A DNA stretch of 45,164 nucleotides from Callorhinchus milii. Its lineage: Eukaryota. A program made the position numbers and the translations under genes. Below are positions 22,075-34,026 of this stretch, piece after piece. Position 1 is the stretch's first letter. Each line of letters begins with the position of its first letter. The notes under the pieces are model-generated. The model searched no databases. It was not told the origin of the DNA and saw only the letters and a list, made by a program, of their open reading frames with translations. The stretch covers positions 1 to 45,164 of the forward strand of contig NW_024705432.1 of NCBI RefSeq assembly GCF_018977255.1. Reading direction: 5' to 3'.

Positions 22075-23140
22075 TAATAATAATAATCCTGGCATTTGGT
22101 ACAGTCCCTTATGTCGTTGAGACGTCTCAAAGCGCTTCACATGTTGTACTGTAAAGTGAATTGACTGTATATTTTGTGGGTGAAACACAGAGCGGCAGCC
22201 AATTGCGCACAGCAGTGAGGGTCCCACGAACAGTCGTGAATTGAGTGAATAGATTATTATTATTTTCTTATTTTTGTATATTTTTGAGGGATTGTTATCC
22301 CTAGAAAAGTAATCCGCCAATCTACTAACAACTGGGTTCCTACTTACTTAGGTAAACAGAGGTGTGTGTGGGAAGTAAGGAAACTGACCGGGGATCGAAC
22401 TCGGGTCCTCTCGCCTGCGAGGCGAGTGTCTGTCTAACCACTGAGCTGCAGGGCCCCAACCTAGAATTCTGTAAAAACTGCATAAACGATGCCACTTGGC
22501 GACTGCAGAAGAAATAATAATATAATAATAATCCTGGCATTTGATATAGTGCTTTTCACGTCTTCTCAACTTCTCAAAGCGCTTCACAAAACAGACTGTA
22601 AAGTGAATTGTTCGTATATTTGTGGACGAAACACAGCAGCTAATTGCGCACAGCGGCGTCCCACAGACAGCCGTGGACTGAAGTGAGCAATTTTTCTTAT
22701 TTTGTTTCTTGAGGGATTATTAATCGCCCACAAATTTACAGTCAATTCACTTTACAGTGTGTTCTGTGAAGCGCTTTGGGATGTCCTCCCGACGTGAAAA
22801 GCGCTATATCAAATGCAAGTATTATTATTATTATTATCAGGCGTGGGGAGTGAGGAAACTTGCCCAACATTTCGCCCTGGCGGGAATCGAACCCAGATTT
22901 CTCTCGCTTGCGAGTGCTCTAACCACTGAGCTACAGGATCCCATGCCATTATCTTTATCTTTATAATTATTGTTATTATTATTATTAAACGGCAATTTGC
23001 TGGTGGGGAAGTTTGAAATGATTGCGGGGGAATCACGAAGGGCTGGTGGGGACTTTCCCCAATACTTAATATAATAATCCTCGCATTTGATATCATGCCT
23101 TATTACGTCTCAAAGCGCTTCACAGAATAGACTGTAAATG
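22075..23140. mobile_element. Cluster of tRNA/Deu SINE copies and fragments in both orientations
   Basis: Repeated head, core and (TTA)n tail motifs. Confidence 0.8.
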
Positions 23141-23238
23141 GCAGTGACTGACAGTTTGTGGGCTGTATATTTCTCTGTTAAACAATCACTGTGTGAAGCC
23201 ATGTTGGGATCTGATCTGAAGATTGTCCTTGTCGCCAG

Positions 23239-23361
23239 GTTCTGTCTGATGGTGAAGAAGGGATACCGAGATCCTCCCTATCACAACTGGATCCACGCGT
23301 TCTGCGTCACCCATTTCTGTTACTTGCTTCACAAAAACGTGGATCTGCGTCTCTACCTGGA
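23239..23361 (+). CDS. PDE2A: PDE2A-like exon M (catalytic): [40 protein letters not shown](E)
   Basis: gtcgccag acceptor, gtgagt donor, 123 nt, phase 2/2; YHNxxHA metal-binding motif intact. Confidence 0.97.
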
Positions 23362-23424
23362 GTGAGTATGTCAGGGCTTCGGAGAGGGTGCGGGGAGATT
23401 ACATGGCAGCCAGGAGGGACCTCA

Positions 23425-24015
23425 GTTATGTGGAGAGAGTAGACGAGAGAGGCTGTGATTGTTCTCCTTAAATAGGTTAAGGGGAGATTTAATAGAGGTG
23501 CACAAAATGATGAGGGTTTTGATCGAGTCGACAGGGAGAAACTGTTCCCACTGGCAGTGACCAGAGGACATAGATTTACGATAATTGGCAGAAAAACCAG
23601 ACAAGGAGAGTTTTCTTTCACCCAGAGAGATGTTACAGTCTGGGATGCGTAGCCTGAATGGATGCTGGAAGCAGATTCAATCGTGTTTCAAAAGGGAATT
23701 GGATATTTACTTAAAAAGAAAAAATGTGCAGAGAGAGTGGGGGAGTTGGGTTGATCAGGGCTATGGGGAGAGCGCGGGGGAGTGGGGTTGATCAGGGCTA
23801 TGGGGAGAGCGCGGGGGAGTGGGGTTGATCAGGGCTATGGGGAGAGAGTGGGGGAGTGGGGTTGATCAGGGCTATGGGGAGAGCGCGGGGGAGTGGGGTT
23901 GATCAGGGCTATGGGGAGAGAGTGGGGGAGTGGGGTTGATCAGGGCTATGGGGAGAGAGTGGGGGAGTGGGGTTGATCAGGGCTATGGGGAGAGAGTGGG
24001 GGAGTGGGGTTGATT
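23425..24015 (+). mobile_element. CR1 3' fragment ending in a tandem repeat of about 37 bp (23735-24015)
   Basis: aggttaaggggagatttaatagaggt.. CR1 text; unit gatcagggctatggggagagagtgggggagtggggtt. Confidence 0.82.
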
Positions 24016-24177
24016 TGGAAGTTCAACCCCTATTATTACTTGTGTGCTGTAATATTCTCTGATTCTATGAGTGCGCAGCTCGCACCCCTCAGTCCTTCCC
24101 TGAGACGCCTTGTCAACCTACCAGTGACTATCCTCCTGGGGGAGAGAGTCAGTGGGGTCTCCCTGGTACTGAACCGG

Positions 24178-24303
24178 CACTGTGAAGCCATCTTGTGATC
24201 TCATGATCTGAAGGTTCTCGTTGGTGTCGGGTTGTGTCTGATGGTAATGAAGGGACAGCGAGATGCTCCCTCTCACAGTGGGTCTCTGTGTTCTGCCTCA
24301 CCC
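24178..24303 (+). pseudogene. Decayed local duplicate of the intron end and 5' half of PDE2A exon M
   Basis: Aligns to about 23187-23312; translates CLMVMKGQRDAPSH versus [14 protein letters not shown]; acceptor AG lost and a 1-nt deletion present. Confidence 0.85.
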
Positions 24304-25620
24304 GGCATGAATGTGGGAGTGGAGCCCCCGCCCCGGTGCCGGTCTCTCCCCGTGTCCTGGTTGATAATATCCCAAATAAAACCGTTCGTTCATTTCATGA
24401 CTGTTTGTGGGGACTTTGTGCACAAATTGGCTGTCGCATTCACCCACAAAACACAGTCACTACGCTTCACAGTAAATTCCCGTGAAGTGCTTTTGAGAAG
24501 GTGATCCTGATGTGCGAGGGCCGTAACTAATGTAATATTATAATTATTATCCCCTCAAACCTCTGCCGCCCCAGATCTGCGCCTCTTCTAAACATCGGCT
24601 CTGCCTCTGCCTCTGACTGGGCTGAGTGCTGTTTAATGGGGTGATTGGAGATCGGGAGAGGATCGAAGTGGGGAACGCGATTAAATGGTCCGTTATTGTT
24701 TATTCACTTCACGGCTGTTTGTGGGACGTCGCTGTTTGCAAAGTGCTTCACCCACAAAACAGTCCAACACTTTACAGTGAATCCCGTGAAACACATTGAG
24801 ACGTCTTAACGACGTGAAAGGCGTTGGGGGTCACACAACAACACAGGACATTTACACACACAGCCTTTCACGTCAGGAGGACGTCCCAAGGCGCTGATAG
24901 TCAGGGATTTGGACCCGACCGGGGGGGCGGGAGGAGGAGGGTGACCAAAGGCACGTTTGAAGAGGAGGGTCTTGAAGGAGTCGAGTGAGGGGATGAGGCA
25001 CAGGGACTGTGGGATGGAGATCCAGAGGGTGGGGGCAGAGAGGCTGAAGTCCTGGCTGCCGATGGTGGGCCGGGCCGGGCCGGGCCGGGCGGGGGACATG
25101 GAGCAGGCTGGACAGGTTGCTAAAGTCACAGAGGTTGGAGGGGGCAAAGCCATGGGGGGCTCTGAAGGTGAGGACGAGGGTTTTGAACGGTATCCTCTGG
25201 GGGTGGGGAGCCGGTGGGGCCGGGCGAGGCTGGGGCTGAGAGGACACGAGCTGCAAACAACAACACATGGCATTTGTGCAGCGGCTTCACACCGGGTTAG
25301 AAAGGGCAGCGGTGAGATTGATGGATGGAGCGTGAGGGGAGCGTCACTGGCAGTTTGGGGACGATCATTAATCAGCAGCAATCAACACGTTTCACAACAG
25401 GCGAACCGGCCTCCGTCTGCTGTAAAGTCACCCCCTCCCCTCCCCTCCCCTCCCGGGCATCACCAATGCCCACGGCCCAGCACGGCAGCACAGGTCAGGC
25501 TGGACAGTCAGTGTGAAAGGCCCTCTCTCTCCCTCTCTCCGGACATCAGTTTGTTGTTGGTGTTTGAGATACACATTTACACAATAATCCGTCCCCTCCG
25601 TGTCCTCCTGGGAGGGGTTT

Positions 25621-26063
25621 TGGGGGGTAAATGGGGTCTCCTCGGGGCTGAACTGGCCCCACGGTGATGTGCCCGGTACCGCAATGTGGGAATGGAGCCC
25701 TCCCCTCTGTGCCGGTCTCCAGTCCGGGTCCTGAGCCGGGAGGGGCCGCAGGACTCCAGGGCACTCACTGCTGATGGCAGCACAGCCCGGCCGGGCTCAT
25801 CAGCAGGACCTGGAAGGGCCGACCAGTCCCTGGGGGCCGGGAATCCTCCCCCTCAGCCCCTGGTGACCTGCAGCCAAAACCCTAACTAACTAACTAACTA
25901 ACTAACTAACCAACTAACTAACGGGGAGGGGGGTCCGATCCGGACAAGCAGCGGGAAAGCTGCCACACAGCGCTCTCTCTCAATGACAAACTGTGTGGGT
26001 TTGGCTGGTTGGACCCCAGCGGTTACCCCGACACACACACTCTGGGCTTCCCCCAACCTGCGC
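25621..26063. mobile_element. GC-rich dispersed element X, copy 3
   Basis: Near-identical to 8239-8668. Confidence 0.85.
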
Positions 26064-26182
26064 TGGTGGTTTTCGTGCGTGTCAGACACCCGGCTGATCT
26101 CTCTCTCTCTCTTTGTCTCTCTCTCTCCCCCCCTCTTTCTTTCCATGTTTCTCTCCGTCTCTCACTCTCATTCTCTCTGCAG

Positions 26183-26270
26183 AGACATTGAGATCATGTC
26201 GGTGTTTGTTGCATGTATGTGCCACGATCTGGACCATCGAGGAACCAACAACTCTTTCCAGGTGGCCTCG
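26183..26270 (+). CDS. PDE2A: PDE2A-like exon N (catalytic): [29 protein letters not shown]
   Basis: ctctctgcag acceptor, gtaagg donor, 88 nt, phase 2/0; class I PDE signature HDxxHxGxxN. Confidence 0.97.
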
Positions 26271-26833
26271 GTAAGGTTCACCCCACTACATCCCCTGACC
26301 AACACCCGCCAGCCCCCTGGCCCCCCTTCCCAAACCCCCTTTCCCTCTCCACGGACGTAATGAGTCAGTGTTTGACTGGGGGCGTTTCCAATAAACCACA
26401 GGACTACAGGTGCAGTCCAAGCTCAGTGGATAGAGCACTCGCCCCTCGCGAGAGGACCTGGGTTTGATTCCTGGGCAGGGCAAAATGTTTGGCAGGTTTC
26501 CTTACTCCACACACAGGTCTCTGTGTACCAGTAGTGTAGGAACCCAGTTGTTAGTCGATTGGCGGATCACTTTTCTGGGGTAATAATTCCTTAACATAAC
26601 ATAACATGTAGGAGCAGGAGGAGGCCATTCGGCCCTTCGAGCCTGCCCCGCCATTCAATCATGGCTGATCGTCTAATCTAAATAAAAAAATAAATAAATT
26701 GGTCACTCCATCCACGACTGTTTCACCCACAAACAATACAGTCAATTCACTTTACATTATATTCTGTGAAGCGCTTTGCTGCAAGGACTAGTCTAGGATT
26801 ATTATAACCAAAATAACTGTTTCCTCCCAACAG

Positions 26834-26881
26834 AAATCAGTTCTGGCCGCGCTGTACAGCTCAGAGGGATCAGTGATGGAG
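26834..26881 (+). CDS. PDE2A: PDE2A-like exon O (catalytic): KSVLAALYSSEGSVME
   Basis: cccaacag acceptor, gtaagt donor, 48 nt; identical to the recalled human sequence. Confidence 0.96.
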
Positions 26882-26937
26882 GTAAGTTACTGAGTCTCTC
26901 AGTTATTTCTTATTCTTTATTTATCTTTTTATTTGGT

Positions 26938-27251
26938 CGGCCGGGTGTCTGACACACACGGAAACCCGTCACCGTGACCGGCCGGGTGTCTGACACACAC
27001 GGAAACCCGTCACCGTGACCGGCCGGGTGTCTGCACACACGGAAACCCGTCACCCTGACCGGCCGGGTGTCTGTCACACACGGAAACCCGTCACCGTGAC
27101 CGGCCGGGTGTCTGTCACACACGGAAACCCGTCACCGTGACCGGCCGGGTGTCTGCACACACGGAAACCCGTCACCCTGACCGGCCGGGTGTCTGTCACA
27201 CACGGAAACCCGTCACCGTGACCGGCCGGGTGTCTGTCACACACGGAAACC
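26938..27251. repeat. Second array of the 41-bp minisatellite, about 7-8 units
   Basis: Same unit as 17200-17922. Confidence 0.95.
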
Positions 27252-27254
27252 TTC

Positions 27255-28070
27255 TCCCCACGATGACTCTCACCAGTGGCTAACCAGGCCTCGCTGACCG
27301 TCCCACCGCCTCCCTCTGCTCCAGCCGCGAACCCTCCGTCAGGCCCACCCCGGGAGTCGCTGCTGGGTGTCCAACAGCAGCCACTCAGACTGTCCTATCC
27401 CCTACTCTCGCCGCAAGGCTCACCCACCGGTCTCCTCCCACGCCTCCCTCCCAACTTTCCGCCACCAACCGTCCCCTCCGCATTGGTCTACAAAACGTCT
27501 GTTCCCTCCCCAACAAAACACTCACCATCCAAGATCTCATCGTCGATGACATCGACATCCTCGTGCTCACTGAAACCTGGATCACTCCAGGCAACACCTT
27601 CCCCGCCTAAACCTCCCATCACACCCCTCGACCTAACCACCGTGGTGGCTCTCACCTCCCGGCCCCCGCTCGGCCCTTAACTCCTCAATCCCTCTCCCCA
27701 CTTCTACCCAACCCACCTCCATCTCATACCACCCCTGGAAAAAAATCTCCCACCCCCTCCCTCTCGGCTGCCTTAGAGTCTCCCACCCCCTCCCTCTCGG
27801 CTGCCTTAAACTCCTTCCCCTCTGGGCTTCCTCCCGCAATGACCTATCCTCCTCGGTCACTCTTCTCCACAGCTCCCTCTCCTCCACTCTCGATTCCCTT
27901 GGTCCCTCACTTGCCGTCTCTTCTCGAACCGTCTCCTATTCATGCAGATCACCCTGGTACACCAGCCACCTCTGCTCCCTTAAAGCCCAGGTGTGTTCCG
28001 CTGAGCGCTCCCGGCTTAAATCAAACCTAACTGTCCATCGGCAGATCTGGCTGGACCATGTCAAATCCTA
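27255..28070 (+). mobile_element. Degraded L2-like LINE 5'/endonuclease fragment
   Basis: atcgacatcctcgtgctcactgaaacctgg = IDILVLTETW (APE motif) and a cgtggtgg (RGG-like) motif. Confidence 0.65.
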
Positions 28071-28477
28071 TTTGGGTGGCAAAATGCGGCTGCCAATTAC
28101 ACAGTGTCCCAAATACAGCCCCTGCGCCAATCCCCCCACCCCCCAGCACCGCACCAATGTCTGAGGCTGATGCTCCAGTGCAGCGCTGAGGGGTATAGAG
28201 AGAGAGAGAGAGATTGCCACACTGTCGGAGATGCCGTCCTTCAGATAAACTGAGCTCCCGTCTGCGCCCTCCTTGGCAGACGTTAAAGATTTCATTTGCG
28301 TAACACCGACCTCCCCTCCCCCCCTTCCCAAAAATACGTCACAGACAGACAGTCAACAAAAGTGGCCTCACTGTCACACAGAGAAACGTCTTCAGATCGC
28401 TGGCTGTCAGCTTATGTTTGCTTTCAATGTCTCCACAGACGGCACCAGCTGCTATAATTACACAAACATCCACTCAA

Positions 28478-28830
28478 GCTCTACTCTAACCCCATTCCCT
28501 GCTCTCTCTCGCTCTCTCTCTCTCGCTCTCTCCCCATGGTGTCTGTGCTGGGGCTCACTCCCCCACTGAAGATCTCTACTCTAACCCCATTCCCTGCTCT
28601 CTCTCTCTCTCTCTCTCCCCATGGTGTCTGTGCTGGGGCTCACTCCCCACTGGAGCTCTCTACCCTAACCCCATTCCCTGCTCTCTCTCTCTCTCTCTCC
28701 CCCCCATGGTGTCTGTGCTGGGGCTCGCTCCCCCACTGGAGCTCTCTACCCTAACCCCATTCCCTGCTCTCTCTCTCTCCCCATCGTGTCTGTGCTGGGG
28801 CTCGCTCCCCCACTGGAGCTCTCTGCCTGC
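28478..28830. repeat. Tandem repeat of about 85 bp with internal (CT)n; reverse complement of the 39670-40745 family
   Basis: Unit ctctactctaaccccattccctgc(tc)n cccatggtgtctgtgctggggctcgctcccccactggag. Confidence 0.9.
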
Positions 28831-29889
28831 TCTCTCTCTTTCTCACTCCTCTCTCTGTCCCCCTCGCTCTCTCTCTCTCTCTCTCTCTCACTGACACAGA
28901 GCCAAAGGGGCTCATGCCCACAGCCTCCTAACTCAGAGGTGAGACCGGGAGTGGCTGAGCCTGGCTGAGGTGTGAGGATGCTCTCAACCCCCTCCTCATT
29001 ATAACAATCACATGAAGCCCACTGTCTATCACACACATATTATTATATTACGCTGTGGGGGGGGTGGTACGGGAGTGGAAACCCTTTCAGGAGTCGAGCG
29101 CTCTAGAACGCTGCCCTGAGTGAAGGGCGTAAAATACATCTAAATTGCTGTTGTTGTCACCAGGAGTGTGTGTGTGTGTGTGTGTCAGTGTGTTTGTCAG
29201 TGTCTGTGTGTCACTGTCAGCGTGTGTGTCTGTGTGTGTGTCAGTGTCACTGTGTCAGTGTGTGTCAGTGTGTGTGTCAGTGTATCTGTGTGTGTGTGTC
29301 AGTGTGTCTGTGTGTGTGTGTGTCAGTGTGTGACTAGGACATTGGCTGCTGTTTTTGCCTATAAACAGTTACTACACGTGTGAAGTGCTTGGAGACGCGT
29401 TGCCATGACAATATCCCGATGAATCACAGCCGAGTGGGGAAGCGAGACCCAAATATTTGGATAAAAAGAGGTTCTGTGATTCTGCACTGACTGTGCGAGT
29501 CTCACTCCCTCCTTAACCCCCACTCAGCCAGTGTGTGGAACATAGGAACAGGAGGAGGCCATTCAGCCCCTCCAGCCAAACTGTACAGAATGGGAGTAGC
29601 TCAGTGGTTACAGCACTCGCCTCGCAAACAAGAGACCCGGTTTCAATTCCAGGGCAGGGCAAAACCTTGGGCAAGTTTCCTTACTCCACACGCAGTGAGC
29701 AGGAACTCGGTTGTTGGTCGATCGGTAATAATCCCTTCAAAATAAAATGTGTCCCTCAGTCCACACCTGTTTGTGGGACACTGCTGTCTGTGCTCAATTG
29801 GCGTTTCGCCCATAAAGTACACTTTACAGTATTCCCGTAAGCGCTTTGAAACGTCTCGACAGACGATAAGCTGCTATATCAAATGCAAT

Positions 29890-32800
29890 TATAGGTTAGT
29901 CTGACATCATTAGTCCTACTCTTCAGAAATCCATGCTGACGCTCTTTAAATATCTCATCCTGTCCTGGTGCCCTGTCACTCTGTCCGATTCCAGTAACTT
30001 CCCCACAAATGATGTCAAACTGACAGGTCTGTAGTTACCTGGTTTCTCTCTCTGCCTTCTTAAATAATGGAGTGACATTTGAAATTTTCCAATTCATTGG
30101 CACATTTCCTGAACACATAAGAACATAAGAATTAGGAGCAGGAGTCGGCCATTCAGCCCCTCGAGCCTGTGCCGCCATTCGATAAGATCATGGCTGATCT
30201 TCTGACCTATCTCTAATTACCCGCTCTCTCCCCATATCCCCCAATCCCTCTATTTTTAAAAAATCTATCAGTCTCCGCCTTGAAGATGTTCGAGGACTGA
30301 CATCTACAGCCTTCTGGGGGAGTGAATTCCATAAAGTCACTGCCCTCTGAGTGAAGAAATGTTTCCTCAACTCTGTTCTAAAAGGCTGACCCTTAATTTT
30401 CAGACTGTGACCTCTGGTTATAGACTCTCCTCCCGGGGAAACAGACCCTCAGTGACTACTTTATCAGCTCTTTAATAATCTTATATGTTTCAATAAGTTC
30501 TCCCCTAATTCTTCTGTACTCTGGAGATTACAGCCCCAGTTTATTCAGCCTCTCCTCATAGGTCAGTCCCCTCATTCCAGGCACTAACCGAGTGAATCTA
30601 CGCTGCACCCCCTCCAGGGCAAGTATGTCCTTCATTAAATAAGGACCAAAACTGCACACAATCCTCTTGGTGCGGTCTCACCAAAGCCCTATACAGTTGC
30701 AGCGAGACTTCCCTACTCTTGAACTCTAAACCTTTTGCAATGAACACTAACTGCCGTTCGCCTTCTTAGTCGCTGCTGCACCTACAAACTAACTTTTTGG
30801 GACTGGTGTACGAGGACATCCAAATCCCTCTGAACACTAACACTGTCTAATCTCTCCCCTCTAGAAAATAATCTGTTTTTCTATTTTTTCTACCGAGGTG
30901 AATAACGTCACACTTCCCCCACATTAAACTCCATCTGCCACCTACTCATCTCTAATTTCCCAGTTTATTTTGGATAAATCCTCTCTCATACCAGAAAAAT
31001 TGTCTCTACTTAAATTTAAGACCTTTGCTTTGGACTTAACTATTTCTCTCTCTAACTTAATGCTAAATTCCATCGTATTATGATCACTTTGCCCTCGAGG
31101 AGCCCTAATTTCCAGTTTGCTGATCAGCTCTGCTTCATTGCACAAAACAAGGGCTAATATGACCTGTTCCTGGTCGGCTCCTCGGCCACTGATCTCCATA
31201 ATTATCCCTAATACGTTCTGTTAACTCTTCCTTTATCATACTTTTCCCAATTTGGTTGTCCCAATCTATGTGCAGATTAAAATCACCCACAATTAATGTT
31301 GTTCCTTTACTACAGCTCTGCTAATTTCCTGATTTATACCTTGAGAGATACTGTGACTGCTGTTCGGGGGTCTATAAACTACTCCCACTGAGTTTTCTGC
31401 CCCTTGTTGTTACGTACCTCTACCCATACTGACTCTACTTCCTGCTTTTCTGATTTAAAATCTTTCCTCTCTACTGTTTTTATCCCATCCTTTATTAGCA
31501 GGGCCACCCCCCTCCTCGTTTACCACATTGCCTATCTTTCCTATACACCACATACCCTGGAATATTTAGCTCCCACCCTTGATCTCCCTGTAACCATGTC
31601 TCGGTGATGGCTACCAGATCATACCCGTTTGTTTCTATTTGTGCATTTATCTCTCTTGTTTCGAATGCTTCGCGCATTCAGATATAGCGCCTTTAATTCT
31701 GACTTCGGGCTATTAGTCCTATTCACCAGTACCCTATCCCTGGGCTTCCTTTCCCCTTGACACCTTTGCTCATCTCCCTGGTTAATCTGCTCTCCCACTT
31801 TCATCGGTCCTAATTTTAATTGATGGATTACATGTGATTGAATTTACCCCCCCCACCCCGCTTAGTAGTTTAAAGCCCTGTCTACCTCCCTATTTATTCG
31901 TGTTGCCAGGACATTTGTCCCAGCCCTGTTTAGGTGGAGTCCATTCCTTTGGAATAGCTCCTGTCTCCCCCAATACTGGTGCCAGTGGCCTATAAAGTGA
32001 AACCCCTGCGCTCCGCACCATTCTTTTAGCCAGGCATTCAGTTCTTTAATTTTTTTTGCCCCCGGCTCAGGTAATAATCCCGATATCAATACCTTCGAAG
32101 TTCTACTCTTTAGCTTAACTCCCAATTCCCGGAACTTGCTCCTCAACTCGTCCCTACCTACATCATTGGTCCCTATGTGAATCATAACTATTGGATCCAC
32201 TCCCTCCTGCTTCAAATTTTTCTCCAGCCCAGAAGTGACGTCCTTCACCCTGGCCCCAGGAAGGCAACAGAGTCGTCTTGTCTCCTTGCAGAAAAGTGTG
32301 TCAGTCTTCCTGACTGTCTCATCCCCAATTACCACTATATTCTTTCTGACTATTCCCAGTGTGGCCTCCTGTATAGAGGTGTTGGGGTAAGTTTGCCCAT
32401 CTTCCTCACAGACTTCCTTGTCCACACAGGTTGCAAGTATTTCATACCTGTTGGACAAGGTTAAAGCCTGGGTTCCTCTGCCCTCTCTTTCGGGTCCTCT
32501 TACGCGCCTGTCTGACCGTCACCCAGTCCTGTCCGTGGCTGGCAACGGAATGTTCCCTGGGACTCGGGGGAGTGTCTGGCTCCAGGATGAAACTGTCCAG
32601 GAAGCTCTCCCCATCTCTAATGCTGCGCAGTGTCTCCACCTGAGACTCCAGCTCAGCTATTCTAAGCTGGAGCTTCCTCAGTTGCAGACATTTGCTGCAG
32701 ATGAAGTCACCCGGGCTCAGGGCCCTCCATCAACTCCCACATACCACATTGCTCACACGTCCCCTGCCAGCATTCTCTCCTCTCACTCTATTTATCCCTG

Positions 32801-32940
32801 TATTATTGTCGTTTAGAAGATATACTTCCCCTCTGCACCCAATTCCCACTCTCACCCAATTCCTTCTCAATCTGGCCTCGCCTCACTCCGGACATAGCTC
32901 ACTCTGGGCTCTCTGCTCGAGAGCTTTGGAAAATTATGGC
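29890..32940 (-). mobile_element. Degraded CR1 LINE complex: ORF1 (zinc finger/coiled coil plus SGNH esterase), APE endonuclease, CR1 3' end and RT fragment
   Basis: ICSKC..LRIAELE and VVIGD..CCLPGARVKD..IHIGTND..GLHLN (ORF1); LYLNARSIRNK and DLVAITETWL (APE); PGNYRPVSLTS (RT); cttatgttcttatgt tail near 30116. Confidence 0.92.
31862..32458 (-). pseudogene. CR1 ORF1p SGNH-esterase domain remnant
   Basis: Blocks GD(E), PGA, GTND and (N)GLH; upstream part is frameshifted. Confidence 0.85.
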
Positions 32941-32981
32941 TAACACATCTGTAACCTTCTCACCTAATTCTTTTAATGATC

Positions 32982-33347
32982 ATCCTTACATTTGATATAG
33001 CGCCTTATCACGTCTTCGAGACTTCTCAAAGCGCTTCACAGAATAGACTGTAAAGTGAATTGACTGTATATTTTGTGGGCGAAACACGGCAGCCAATTGC
33101 GCACAGCAGTGTCCCACAAACAGCCGTGGACTGAAGTGACCGATTTATTATTTTTTTCAAAAAGGGATTGTTACCTCCAAAAAAGCAATCCGGCAATCAA
33201 CTAACAACCGGGTTCCTACTTACTGCTGAGCAAACACAGAGGGGTGTTGAGTAAAGAAACTTGCCCAAGGTTTCGTCCTGTCCGGAATCAAACTCAGGTC
33301 CTCTCGCTCGTGAGGCGAAGGCTCTAACCACTGAGCCACAGGACTCC
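32982..33347 (-). mobile_element. Full-length tRNA/Deu SINE
   Basis: Clear A/B boxes, core and tail on the reverse complement. Confidence 0.87.
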
Positions 33348-33464
33348 ACAATCCTGTGAGGCACTTTGAGATGTCACAAAAACAACAACAACAGTTTGGA
33401 TGTATATAGTGCCCTCCACACCGGGCGGCGTCTCAGAGCTTCACAGTGACGGATCCCGGGGCCG

Positions 33465-34001
33465 AGCCAGGGGAGGGGGAGGGGCCAGGGGAGGGGGAGG
33501 GGCCAGGGAGAGGAGCCAGGGGAGGGGGAGGGCCAGGGGAGGGGAGGAGCCAGGGGAGGGAGGAGCCAGGGGAGGGGAGGAGCCAGGGGAAGGGAGGAGC
33601 CAGGGGAGGGAGGAGCCAGGGGTGGACGGGGCCAGGGAGGAGCCAGTGGTAGGGGGAGGGGCCAGGAGGGGAGGACCTGGGTGGAAGAGGAGCCAGGGGA
33701 GGGGAGGAGCCAGGGGAGGGGAGGAGCCAGGGAGAGAGGAGCCAGGGGAGGGGGAAGGGCCGGGGCGAGGGGGAGGGGGAGGAGGAGGTCGAAGAGAAAG
33801 GTCTTCAGCCGAGACCTGAGAATGGGAAGGGAGGGGGGCAAGGGGGGAAGGGGGTGAGGGAGGGAGGAAGGGGGAAGGGTGAGGGGGGAAGGGGGTGAGG
33901 GAGGGGGCGAGGGGAAGGGAGTGAGGGAGGGGGCGAGGGGAAGGGAGTGAGGGAGGGGGTGAGGGGGAAGGGGGTGAGGGGGGAAGGGGGTGAGGGGGAA
34001 G
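33465..34001. repeat. G/A-rich tandem repeats within an L2 3' end, running into the gap
   Basis: (ggagccaggggagggg)n and (gagggggaagggggt)n. Confidence 0.85.
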
Positions 34002-34026
34002 NNNNNNNNNNNNNNNNNNNNNNNNN
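34002..34026. other. Assembly gap (25 N)
   Basis: Run of n. Confidence 1.

Noticed and set aside
25870..25965. Telomerase RNA template-like aaccctaac followed by cagcgggaaag
   Set aside because: Part of a multi-copy element with a (CTAA)n microsatellite; other copies read gccctaac; no CR4/5 or H/ACA features recognised.
28439..28480. Possible next PDE2A exon (acceptor-like ccacag then cggcaccag, RHQ)
   Set aside because: Wrong phase, an early stop, and no match to RHHFAQAIAIL.
29399..29412. RFX X-box-like motif gttgccatgacaat
   Set aside because: Single imperfect motif at the edge of a SINE remnant with no promoter evidence.
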